Assembly (NCBI RefSeq): GCF_001194135.2
Contig: NC_068982.1
Span: forward strand, 94,546,741-94,593,409
DNA: 46,669 bases
Reading direction: 5' to 3'
Source: Octopus bimaculoides
Taxonomy: Eukaryota
In this document: positions 1-11,037 of the stretch, piece by piece
Layout of the letters: the number at the start of each line of letters is the position of its first letter
How positions within the stretch are numbered: the first letter of the stretch is position 1
Position numbers and translations under genes: made by a program
The notes under the pieces: model-generated
Seen by the model: the letters and a program-made list of their open reading frames with translations, nothing else
What the model was told of the DNA's origin: nothing
The model's database searches: none

Positions 1-41
<41 letters not shown>

Positions 42-66
42 CATATTTATGACGTGTGTGTGTGTG
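1..66. repeat. (AT)n / (GT)n microsatellite
   Basis: Direct: ATATAT run 1-38, then GTGTGT. Confidence 0.95.
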
Positions 67-409
67 TTTATATTACTGTGTCGTTGCCTTCACATGGCGT
101 GATAGTTGTGTAAGCAAGTGTTACTGTCATGCCTGCGGTGTCCTTTGTTTCCAATGTTCGATGAAAACTTAAACTTATCGGGACATGGTGAAACACATGC
201 ACAAGCATACACACACACACATACACAGAACAAGAGACGAGAGAAAAATACCGAAAGACACGTTCTTAGAGCTCTTGTTGTTTGGTTGAAATATTAAGCC
301 CTCTTATTTAGTTTTAGATTTGAAGATATATCCATAGGATATAGAGAGAAGTAAATGGGAGTAGATCTGTACAATACTCGCATGAGAAAAGGTATGTATA
401 CAAGTATGC

Positions 410-560
410 TGGTCTCAAACGCCAGCAATTTCGGGAGAGGAGTTACGTCGACTCCCACTTACTTTATCAACCCTCAAATTATGAAAGACAAAGATGACCT
501 CGACGAAATTTAAACTCTGAACGTAAAGACAGCTGGAATACCACTAGTCATATTGCTTGG
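410..560 (-). mobile_element. SINE family A, degenerate copy
   Basis: Reverse complement contains gtctttacgttcagagtttaaatttcgtcgaggtcatctttgtctttcataatttgagggttgataaagtaagt, matching the better copy at 45799-45930. Confidence 0.75.
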
Positions 561-924
561 CATACGATTGAATCATTAATGATTTTGCTTAACATTTCAT
601 TTATATTTGAATCTCCATACTGTTTTAAAAGCAAGTACATGCAGAAAGGATAAGTTACCAATATTTAAATTAACATGAATAATTTTCAATGGATATCTTT
701 TCATCTCATTATACCTGATGTTAATGCTCTACACATGAAATAGGACTTAAATATGAGGAATTCACTAGACTCGTGCTACCCTTCGTTTCGAGAGGTAGCC
801 TGCAACTCCTGGTGGAGTCACAGTAGTATAGTTTATTTGGTATTTTAAATCTGGAGGAGCTCGCCTTTATCCTGGCCTGAAAATAGATCATTTTTTCCGT
901 AAAAAGAGAGACGGGAGAAAGAGG

Positions 925-1030
925 GGGAAATCAGTCGGCCTTGGTACTCAATTGTTACTATTCTATTGGTCCTCAAAAATAAGGGGATGTGTAATGTTAG
1001 TGGGATTTGAACTCAGAACGCAGTGCCGAA
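925..1030 (-). mobile_element. SINE family A fragment, highly degenerate
   Basis: cgttctgagttcaaatcccac...gaccaatagaatag on the - strand resembles the family A core. Confidence 0.45.
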
Positions 1031-4000
1031 TGAGCATTACATAGCATTCTATTCTATTCCCTAATGGATCACGTCGCTTAAGGTCTGCACTGTTTCGAGC
1101 TGGTTCAGAATTTAATTTAGTTTATTCGTTGCTGTTGTTGTTAAACCCAAGATTACGCGTCATTCAGTCAATTTATAATTAGAGGCATTCCAGTCATGAG
1201 AATCCGACACTTTATGTATCAGAAATTACATTGTTCTCTGCCTTCTTTTCTTTCTCATAGGCGGTAGTACGTGGTCAGGAGGGGAACTCGCCACCTTCCA
1301 ATAAACATGGCATAAAATTTCATTAAAATGCTTATGAAGTCTGATGTTTCCACTTGCAATCTTCAAACAGCTATAAATAGAAACCAGTAAGACATTTCTA
1401 ATAGAATGTTCATTTCTTATGGAGAAACAGGCTTCCTGTGGTGCCAGAAACCCTCTTACTGTTATCTTTATCGTGATCCATGAAAATGTTACTTTAATGC
1501 ATTGGGGATAGTTTGGCGCCGGGGCACAAATTGAATAATAGTTATTGTTGTAGTTATTTGTTTCTTTTTCTGTCATTTTCTCAGGTGCTGCGCTATAAAT
1601 TCAATTGATATACATGCTCACAACTTAATGTTCCATATGACACATTAGAAACATTAGTTTCTTGGTTTCTGCGCAGCTGAAAATTAATATCCTCCTATCA
1701 AATCCAGTTGGTAACTTGATGAAATTGCTGCATATTAATATACTTATCTTAAATCCCTAGCATCTCTCACTCTCTCTCTCTCTCTCACACACACGCACAC
1801 ATGAACACAGACACACATACACAATCTAACACACAAACACACACACGTACACACACAAACATACATACAAATACTTATATATACACATTCGTGTATATAT
1901 ATATATGGAGAACGGCTTTTACTTTTATAACTGTTTCATTAAATATACGTGCATGTTCAAGTTTTATCCTTTTTATTTTATATTTCTCATATTTTCCTTT
2001 CAAGCTTTTTTGCAGTTGGTTTGGAGCTATAGAGCTCCAATATCGGTATCCGATATTTCCAGGCCTTCATAGTCTCATTTTCGAGAACTGGATTGAATAT
2101 ATTCGACGCCTGTATTGTTTCCTATATACTGATTAAATTCGTGCAAAATTTTTCGTGTAGCGGTTAATATATGCTTGGAGTGGGATTGCACACAATGTGT
2201 GATGACAGGAGAAGTGACAAATGATTTGAGAGTACTGTAGTGAAAATTGTACGTGTCCCATAAGCTAAAGGGGCAGATGCCATTGTAGTTCCAGGAGAAA
2301 TGGTTGAGTGGTGTCAGCCCGACTGTAATCCAGAGGCTGTTCTGTCGTTTGATCCTACTTTGAAAGTAAGGTCACCCATAAAGAGGAGTTAACCGAAAAA
2401 CACACAAAGTAGTTCTGCAAATCCCTTTTTGATATCCTACCTAAGATATCAGTATAAATAAAAGGCCATATATACTACGATATTGTAATATCCACATAAA
2501 TACATTCGTAGGGGTATTTTCTTCATTATCTTTCTGTTACGGTTAGCTAATGGCATCAGAGCTCCTTTACTTTGCTCCATAAAACTCTACTTCGCTGTAA
2601 CTTTCAAAATTCTTTCTGTATATGTTACTGGTACCACTCATTTGCATCAAACATAGTTTATTTAATTCCGCATTTTATACGAAGAAAATGCCAGCTTACT
2701 TCTGTTAGCGTGTAATGGTTTGATGTCGAACAAGTCTCTCCTGGTAATATGGATTTTGCTAAGTAATTTGCTGCGCAAGAACATGATTTAAAAAGAAATT
2801 TTTTAATAAAGAAATGTTACAACTTACATTAAGCAACTACAATCATGTTTGTAAGTTGCTTCGTTTACAACATATTTGGCTGCATGCACCAATAACTTTC
2901 AAGGAATCTCAAAACATAGTCTTAAAAGAAGTACTTATCAGATAGTGTTGCTCTAGATGACTGGGATGAAGAAGAGATAGAGTTTTAATAAGTTTGATTA
3001 AAGGTTCGCTTGATACGGATTAACTAAGGGTTAATAACAACAGCGATAATTCTCTTTCCAGTTTCTAAATTTGTGACTCTTGGCAATCGTAGCAGTAATA
3101 GAGCCTGTAACAAAATGATGTCAGGTTTAATTCTATGTCACCGCTTTATGTTCAGTTCCCAACTAGGTCGATATCACCTTCGATCTCTCTGAGGCCAACA
3201 AAATAGGTAGCAGTTAATTATTTTGATTTAGAAATGAGTTAATTTGATCGTGTGTCTTCCGGCAATTTTGTTTCTTTCCTATTAATACTGGAAATCATTC
3301 AAATTAATATTTTCGTATTCGATTTAAAATGATCACCTGATAGTGATGCTATTTCTTTGCACTTGTAAGCTATAATTTCTATTGTTATCATTATCTTGAG
3401 GAGAAAAGATAAGAGAATGAAAGCTGAGGGAAAGTAGAGAGGACGTGTCTAGACATCTTCCCTGCTTGGTAGATAACAATTGTTTTCATAATTATCTGGG
3501 TTTTTTTCAGTAGTTCTATATTTCTATAAGAATGTTAGCAATGTCAACACTGCATTGTTGACAAGCGAGAAGAGACCCATTGAGAGATAACCACGATAGA
3601 GAAACCGATGACTCTCCAGAATCATTAAAAACTATTGTTATTTAACCGGCTGGAAAGTGAAAATTTAATAATTATAGGTAGGAATTCCAACCACGTTTCG
3701 TGGTTTGCTACCTCAACAGCTCCATTATAGGATCCAGTGGCTAAAGACATCATCAGGCGGAACCACATCCGGTTTCGTCCCTACTCCTCTACCGTTTTCA
3801 ATGTGGCGGGTCCCCGCCTTTCGGAGGTGTCTTCAGCCCTGGTGTTGAGTGCATTTCTTCTTTCCCGTTTTTTTCTTCTGCTCCTTGGCCTCTTCGATGC
3901 AGCGTTAATGAGTGTCAGCGGGCGACTGACCATCCTGCCAAATTTCCCTTTAAATACTCGCTGGTAGGCTCCAGCAGACAGCAGCCAGCACCAGCTAGTT

Positions 4001-4242
4001 GTCAAATGACACTGTCTAAACTTCAACAGACCAATGGAAGGGAAGGGCGCGTAATCTTAGCCCGCGCTCTCTCTAAACCTGCCTTTCAGCAGTGTCGTGT
4101 TAGTTTCACTTCCAGCAGCCAGAGCCGACCAGCTGTTTGGTGGTACAAGCCTTCGAACCAGGAGGAAGGGGCGCCATGTACGAGACCGCTACCTGTCAAT
4201 CAGCGATGCTGCTAAAATGTCTGCCAGTCTCACCTAGTGACG

Positions 4243-7156
4243 CTATTTCCCTGTCGGTATGTTATGGCTTTCAAGCCATTTTTGGTCTTCTCGCTTCAGC
4301 CATATATAGAAGCTGACTTTTTCGACTGCCTCCTGTTTCCTCCTTATTACTTTTCTCAGCCCTGAGCTCGAAAATGCAAACCTTCTTTTGAATAACGTTG
4401 TCATTTTCCTTTCAATGAAGCCTCTAGCCCTCAATGCCAGGTGGTAATACTCGACAGCCCATCCCTGTTCTCTCTGCACTCTTCGATTATTTTTTGTACC
4501 TCTTCTCCTTCCGTTGCTCTGCATTAACGATGTTCTCTTCCCATGGCATTGTCAGCTCTTGCAAAGTTCTGTGTTTCACAGGATTAAGTCCGGTCTTTTT
4601 GTCGTTTTTATGAGTGGAAATATTAACAGTCTTTCCAAATCCGTGGCCAGCGCCCAGTATCCCTTCCATCTTTCGTCTGTCTGATATATTTTATTTGAAG
4701 GCCTGGCCTTATGTCCTTTTCCCTCCTTCTGGAAGTATATAATATCCCTCGATCTTCTTGAATGCTGCGCTTATGGCGCTGAGGACTTGATTGTCACGCC
4801 ATGTATACCTTTCTAGTGCTAGCCTGCAATTTTACAGAACATGCCTTACCATCGCTTTCTCCCCGCATCTACATTCATCAGTTGTTTGTATGTTCCACCG
4901 GACTAAATTCGCCGGTGTGGGTAAAACGTCGAAGGTAGACTTGATCAGGAAGGATGTCCTTGCTTGTTTCCAAGCCCAAGGTTCCTTCCATGAGATTCTG
5001 CGACTGACTACATATTCCTCCCATCTCAGGCACTGTCCCTGTTGACTACATTGCACCAAATGAACATTTCGCCTTTCTTCTTCCTTCTTTCTCACCTCCT
5101 GTACTACTGCTTCTTTTATCTCTTTTACACCGCTCTTGCAAAATGGCCTGAAATTGTGCAACCCTAGACTGGCTCTTTCTTCTTGCGTCGTTCCGACTAT
5201 ATCGGCATGCTTTAACATTCCGATCACCCTGTTTACTGCCTCTTCTGCATTCCCTTTCCTCCCTGTTCATTCCTTTGGAGGGTTTCCTCGGATGTTCTGA
5301 TCTTTCGAATACTTTAGTATCATTGCTGTCCTGGCTTTTCCTGCCTTATATTCTTCGGCGATTGATGTTATTGGTAGTTGCAGCGCGGGTTTTCCGTATA
5401 GTGCAGTTGTATTCAGTGGTTTTGGAAAACCAAGCCATTTTCTGATAAACACACTGCATCTTTGTTCTATCCTTTCTACTCTACTCGAGGCTATTTCGTA
5501 CATTTGCAGTGGCCATATTATCCTTGGGTGCAGTCCAAATTACAGTATCCAACATTTGAATATTATTCTGTCAATTGCCTTTAGTCCTTGTTCCACTAAC
5601 TCGTGTTTCTTTGCTTTGCTTCTTATCATTTAGTGAATCTCTGTACCATCTGCCGAGACTCTACTGGTTGTTCTTTCCCCGTTTGTATATATTCACCTCC
5701 TATCCTGAATTTTACTTCTTTTGGGACTCCTTTCACGAAAGCCACACTTCGAGATGTTTTGGCTTTGAATTTCATTCTGACCCATCCTATTAGTTCGTTC
5801 AACCGCTCTAACGTTCCATCTGCTGCTTCTCTACTCTGTAATAATACAGTAAAGTCGTCTATAAAAGTCCTTAATGGTGTCTTTATAACAGATTCCTCAG
5901 TTTGTTGATCTTAGTAACATCTCCATGACTAGCACAAATAAGATGACTGATATCGTGCATCCAGCTGCAATACCTATTTCAAACCGTTGCCACTCCGTTG
6001 TGAACTTTCCTGCTGTAAATCTCATCCTCAAGTTGTCGTAGTAACACATGAGCATTCGTTGAAATCTTTTGGAATCCAAAAGAAGTCCATAACTGCTTGA
6101 ATTAGTGCGTGGGGAATAGATTCATACGCATTGGCAAGATCTAACCATACAATGTACAAGGTTTTCTTCAGTTGTTTTGCATATGTGATAGCTTCCCAAG
6201 TGGCAAATGCATGTTCTATGCACCCAGGGATTCCAGGGATCCCTACTTTTTGGATTGCTTTATTAACATATCCATTATGCCGTACGAATCTTATAATTCA
6301 TCTAGCAATAATTCCAAACATGATTTTACTCTGATGTCACTCGAATCGAATGGTACCCTTGGTTCAGGTGGTTTCTTCAGCCGTGCATTTTTGGGAGTAC
6401 TTTATTTCTGTCAGAGTCGCTGTATGTCCCTTTAAAATGGCGTGCAATCAAATCTTCCGCTTTTACTTTCAGTAAATAAACGTTTCGCATATTGGTATCG
6501 GTTGTTTACAAAGCTACGATAGTTCTTTTCTCTCTCCTTTCTTCTGTTCTTCCTTCTTTCTTTTCTAAGTAGTTCTCGATGCCTCTTTTTTTATCTCTTC
6601 ATACAGCTGCTTTAACCCTTCTCTTTCCTCCTCCTTTGTATCCCTCCATCTGATTCTGAGTGTTTTCTTCTCTTCTTGTGTCTTTGCGATCCGTCTTTCT
6701 CTCCTCGATGGTCCTCACTTTGCCGATGATTCTCTATTCTCTGTTGTTTCAAGTCCAAATCTTTTCTCTCCTTCCTGGTAGATCATATTAGCCAAGTTCT
6801 CAAGCTTTTGTTCATCGTCCCTTTTGAATCTGTTGGTCATTCTTGCTACCTCGTCGTCGAATTTTTTATAGCTCGCTGCATCATTTGCCTTCGGCCACTT
6901 AATCTTTGGCTTCTTTACGCCTATCACTTTTTTTTGGCTGTTCCGATTTAACTGTGGAATGACCCTCGCTGTGGTTTCTTTCCAGGAAGTTCTGGCCACA
7001 CGTCTTATGGTTTTTCAACCCGCGCTGTTGAATTACTTTCCTTTGACACCCCTTCCTTTGGTGAATTCTCAGCCGGATTTAACTAGCAAACACCTTTCCG
7101 CAGCAGCTGAATTCCTCATCTACCCTTCCTTTACCGTTTCCTTTCTCGTTGTCCAT
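4243..7156 (-). pseudogene. Disrupted ZnF-RT-CCHC-RLE polyprotein of the HERO-like element
   Basis: ATG at 7156; CCGKVFAS*IRLRIHQRKGC zinc finger (~7045-7106); GIPGIPGCIEH and WLDLANAY (~6125-6250); GIAAGCTIS; FIDD (5854-5865); CRCGEKAMVRHVL*NC; KRPDLIL and ELTMPWEENIVNAEQRKEKRY (RLE). Multiple stops and frameshifts. Confidence 0.9.
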
Positions 7157-7255
7157 TTCCGGTCAAGGTCCATTCCATTTTTTCGTTTCGTTCCTGTTTG
7201 ATCTTTTATTCTACCCCCGTGCTCCGAGATCATGGTTTATCATGCTTACTTGTTG

Positions 7256-7308
7256 CAACTTTACTCCGGATCGGGCTGCAAGTCCATTTGATCCTTCGTT
7301 ACGCTGTC
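7256..7308 (-). ncRNA. Putative degenerate twister-like self-cleaving ribozyme in the 5' UTR of the HERO-like element
   Basis: - strand GACAGC-G-UAA-CGAA-GG-AUCAAAU-GGAC-UUGC-AGC-CCG-AU-CCG-GA-GUAA-A-GUUG. Manual fit: P1 CAGC/GUUG, UAA at L1, GA before T1, T1 UUGC/GUAA, AGC in L4. P2, P4 and T2 are imperfect. Not tested with a covariance model. Confidence 0.4.
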
Positions 7309-7487
7309 GTGTGAATAATAACGATACCCCAGCATGACAACCGATAAACTGCAACAAGTATATTTAGCAAAAAGGTAACAACTGGTATTGTGCAGGTTCA
7401 AATGGGCTAATCTCTGAGTTAATGCATCGAAAGCCATAATATATGTCTATTCAAAAGCACCCGTGTATCAATGAAATATGTGTGCGA

Positions 7488-7575
7488 TGGTGTGTGTGTG
7501 TGTGTATGTGTGTGTGTGTTGTGTGTGTGTGTGTATGTGTGTGTGTGTTGTGTGTGTGTATGTGTGTGTGCGTAT
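7488..7575. repeat. (GT)n imperfect microsatellite
   Basis: Direct. Confidence 0.95.
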
Positions 7576-9639
7576 TTGTCTGTTTGTGTATGCGTGTTGT
7601 AGACTTCCAATTAATTTGTATCACGAAACATTAGAAGTCCCGTAGAACCTTTGTAGAAATAGGCTACACGTATTGCCGAAACCAGCTTTTTTTATATTCT
7701 AGAATGTTGAACATAATACCCATTGAACTTCATCAATCCAATATACAAGTGTGATGATTTAATTTTCTCGTAGAATGATATTTGATTTACATGCATTCGT
7801 GAACTAACCGGGTTCTTTTTTAAAAAGACATGAATATAGAATTACTAGAAGCATTAATATAATTTTCTTAAAACTTAAAACAACAACAAACATAAGGTAG
7901 TTCAATTAGATATTCTAGTAACTATCTATTTTATAGAGACACACAATATATGAGTGTGTTGTAAATTATATTTCTCAGTGAGACACTCATTAAAAATAAT
8001 ATCTTAACTCTTAAAATAAATATATCATTTTTAAGTAGCTTTACAAAAACATTTTCAAGTTTCAAGCTGCCATAAAAAATACGAAATGCATAAATAAAAA
8101 ACATGCTTTCATTAAATTACAAAATATCTTTTTCCTTCGTAAACAGATTTCTGTCACCACTACTTTAAATTGTGTATAGTGTATACGTAAAAAACATGGA
8201 ATACACTGATTTTGAGAAGAACAACCAATCGATATAGGAGTGACTGTAGCATATTTCTGCGATACATATTTAATGTGTCAGCGGAGCGTTATTGTGTCTG
8301 ATGATAGCCAGGTGTAACATGGAGTGGTCATAGTGCAAGCCAAGTAGAAAAACAATATATTTAGATTGATGAAGCAGAGGTGACTTTCGAATTTTGTAGC
8401 TTGCTAGGAATTTCATATTATCAGAGACCAAGACCATGATAATATTTTTAAAGAGCCACATCTGAGAGCAGCAACTTTCTATTGAATGAGTATGCGAACA
8501 GTGAAGCTGTGATTCTATTTTTGCTAGGTACAGCTGATTGAGCACCATCTATAAATGTATTACTGGTCATAGTTATCAACACTTGCCATTATAGGCGGTA
8601 TGATCAAAGTTATCGAGACTTTAGAATTCGGTGGAATATATTCCATAAGCTTGCAACAATGACGTGACTTTTATAACTGGTACTTTCGTTCAAGTTCTGT
8701 AATAAGGATTTATGGCAATTTACTTTCTCTATCGTTACTCGTCATTTTCTTTTTAGAATATATCACAAAACTTCGGGAAAATTTAGTGGCTCTATATGTA
8801 GTTTTTGGTGTAAGTTTTAGAGTGCTGCCAAATAACGTCAGTTATTCTTTCAGTAGTTATACAAATAGTCAAACTATTTTGAGATCAATGCCATTCATAT
8901 GTACAAACATCGCCGTCGCTTTTCGACAATCTAAGCTATTTTTCATTTGATATCTCTTATTTGAAGGCAGCCGTTACGCCTTCGAATTTTCTTCACCAAG
9001 ATCTCTCCAACCTACTTCAACAGATCCAACACCATCTGGCTTTCCTTGATAATAAATGTTACGTGCTTCATTAGTTCCATATGTTGCCATTTAATATATC
9101 GAGCCGTGGTCGAACACGCACATTTTTACCTCAGAACGCTCTATTCAATGTTATAAGTTAATTCCTGCATCAAAGTGGTAGCCATTTTAAATAGCACGCA
9201 TTACACGAGCATCCGTTTGAGTCATATGATTGAATCACCTGCAACTACAGGAATGTTTTAGTAGCCAATGGTAAGACGTCTGATAAAAAAAATGGAATGA
9301 CTTGTCGTCAGACTGCTCGATCAGCGCTGACTTAGAAATAAACAACAACAGCAACCCCCTTCTTAAAAACGTTTATAATAAAAATGAAATATATAAAACT
9401 GGGTTTACGGACGTTTCGGCGCTGCCACTTTTGCCAGTTTATTTGGCCTCATTGATTCGGAAATAATTCTATTGAGCATATTTTTGTCCTTAGACGTTTT
9501 GTCAGCGTAAATGATATTTGTATTTCTTAATTAATCAATAGAACGACTAACTTTTTGAAATTATTGATCATAATTACAAAATGAAGAATTGAATGAAACT
9601 ATAAGTTCGATAGATTCGGTTAATAATCTTTCCTGCTAT

Positions 9640-9760
9640 TGTTTGTCTCTAATAACGGCAAAAGGCCGAGAATATGAAGGGCAACGAATTTGTCGATACC
9701 ATTGATTTAATTTTTAACAATATTACTTTATTTTTATGGACCCGAAAGCATGAATGGCAC
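9640..9760 (-). mobile_element. SINE family A fragment, degenerate
   Basis: - strand cattcatgctttcgggtccataaaaataaagtaata...gtatcgacaaattcgttgcccttc resembles the family A core and tail. Confidence 0.45.
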
Positions 9761-10443
9761 AGATTAGGAATAAATAACGCAAATAATTTTTTCTGAGATG
9801 CTTATGAATCTGCCAGCTCTCCGCCCTGTTTTCTCTTATCTATGCTACAATAGTTAATGATAATAAACTGTATAACTCCATATTTATCTCAGTGTATGGT
9901 TTTCTCTTACTTTCCCCTTATTTCTCACTTTTTTTTTCATCCCTGTATTTGCTTGTTTTATAAGCGTAGCATTCTATTTCTCACGCTCTCGCTCTCTTTA
10001 TCTCTGAATGTATATATTTTTATATATGTGTAACATTTTAATGTTTTCCGTTCTCTCTCACAATTTTTCTCTCTCTTCATGCTGTATGTTCATTTTTCTG
10101 TGGTGCCCGCCTTTACTTCATATTATTAAAAACCATCACCAAAACGGGTTTAGCACACGGAGAGCTACGCTCAGGCATTCTGAAATAGAAACTATTGTAT
10201 GGAAACGTGACAATATAAATGAGCTTTTCCATGAAATTATTGAAGCTGGACGAGCCATCGAGTATGCTTGTATGTAGTAACTCAACCGGTCAGAAAATAG
10301 ACGCACATTTCTTTTGTATCAGACCCTAATGGAAGATCACATTCGATAACGTACATCTAGATACACTACAGTTTTAAAAAAAGACAGAAGTAAAATGGCT
10401 GAAATTTCTTTGTGCCGAAGTCTGCAGTGAAACAGCAAGAAGG

Positions 10444-10500
<57 letters not shown>

Positions 10501-10503
10501 ACA
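10444..10503. repeat. (CAA)n trinucleotide microsatellite
   Basis: Direct: about 20 CAA units with one CGA. Confidence 0.95.
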
Positions 10504-10983
10504 AAACGGAACTACTCGTGAATGCAACATGTGATGTCGTAATGTTTTCTGTCGTATCGAAGCCTCGGTTATTGTTCCACTCGAGGGAATGCAGCAGTAT
10601 AACAAAGTGAAAATTCCTATATCTATTTTCTGTTGTAAGCACGTTGGTGCAGAGAAATGGGAGTTATATTCTAAGAGATATCAGAACTCTTAGGTTCGGC
10701 AAAATCAATGTATCCGTTCAAAATTATTCGCTTATTGTTTGGCACATTTTGGAGTCATTCGTATCCAAAAGATTACACAATGCTGATTCTAAAATGATTT
10801 TAATGATGAAACCGATCTACTTGAACTAAGTTCGTAGTTCTGGATATATATGATCAAAACAGTTCACTATCATTAAGTGTTTAATAATACTAAATAATTT
10901 GACACACGATGCAAGTGTAGTTAAATCTAATAATAAAACCGTGTGGTGAATTCTAAATAGAATTTCTGAAATATTTTGAAAGA

Positions 10984-10984
<1 letters not shown>

Positions 10985-11036
<52 letters not shown>
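10985..11036. repeat. (GT)n microsatellite
   Basis: Direct. Confidence 0.95.

Positions 11037-11037
<1 letters not shown>

Larger units (their letters stand above)
3740..7345 (-). mobile_element. HERO-like non-LTR retrotransposon (restriction-like endonuclease type), near full length, decayed
   Basis: One disrupted ORF with an N-terminal Zn finger, RT, CCHC knuckle and RLE in that order. Segments IKWPKAND, QQGQCLRWE..ISWKEPW..FLIKSTFDVLPTPANL, RKWLGFPKPLNTTALYG..LQLPITSIAEEYK and WLKR resemble HERO-clade proteins as I know them. About 500-bp 3' UTR. No TSD found. Confidence 0.85.

Noticed and set aside
1226-1576. 116-aa - strand ORF ending in RKKRRQR (Tat/NLS-like)
   Set aside because: No recognisable domain. 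The basic tail is just the reverse complement of a polypyrimidine tract, and the N-terminus is a low-complexity (AAT) run. Plausible by chance.
8950-9250. Possible mariner 5' relic sharing a GCAGGTGA.T.AATCA word with 44718-44735
   Set aside because: No TIR pair or transposase motif could be read.
10337-10642. Poly-Leu / poly-Cys / poly-Gln ORFs
   Set aside because: Translations of the (CAA)n microsatellite; no convincing flanking coding context.
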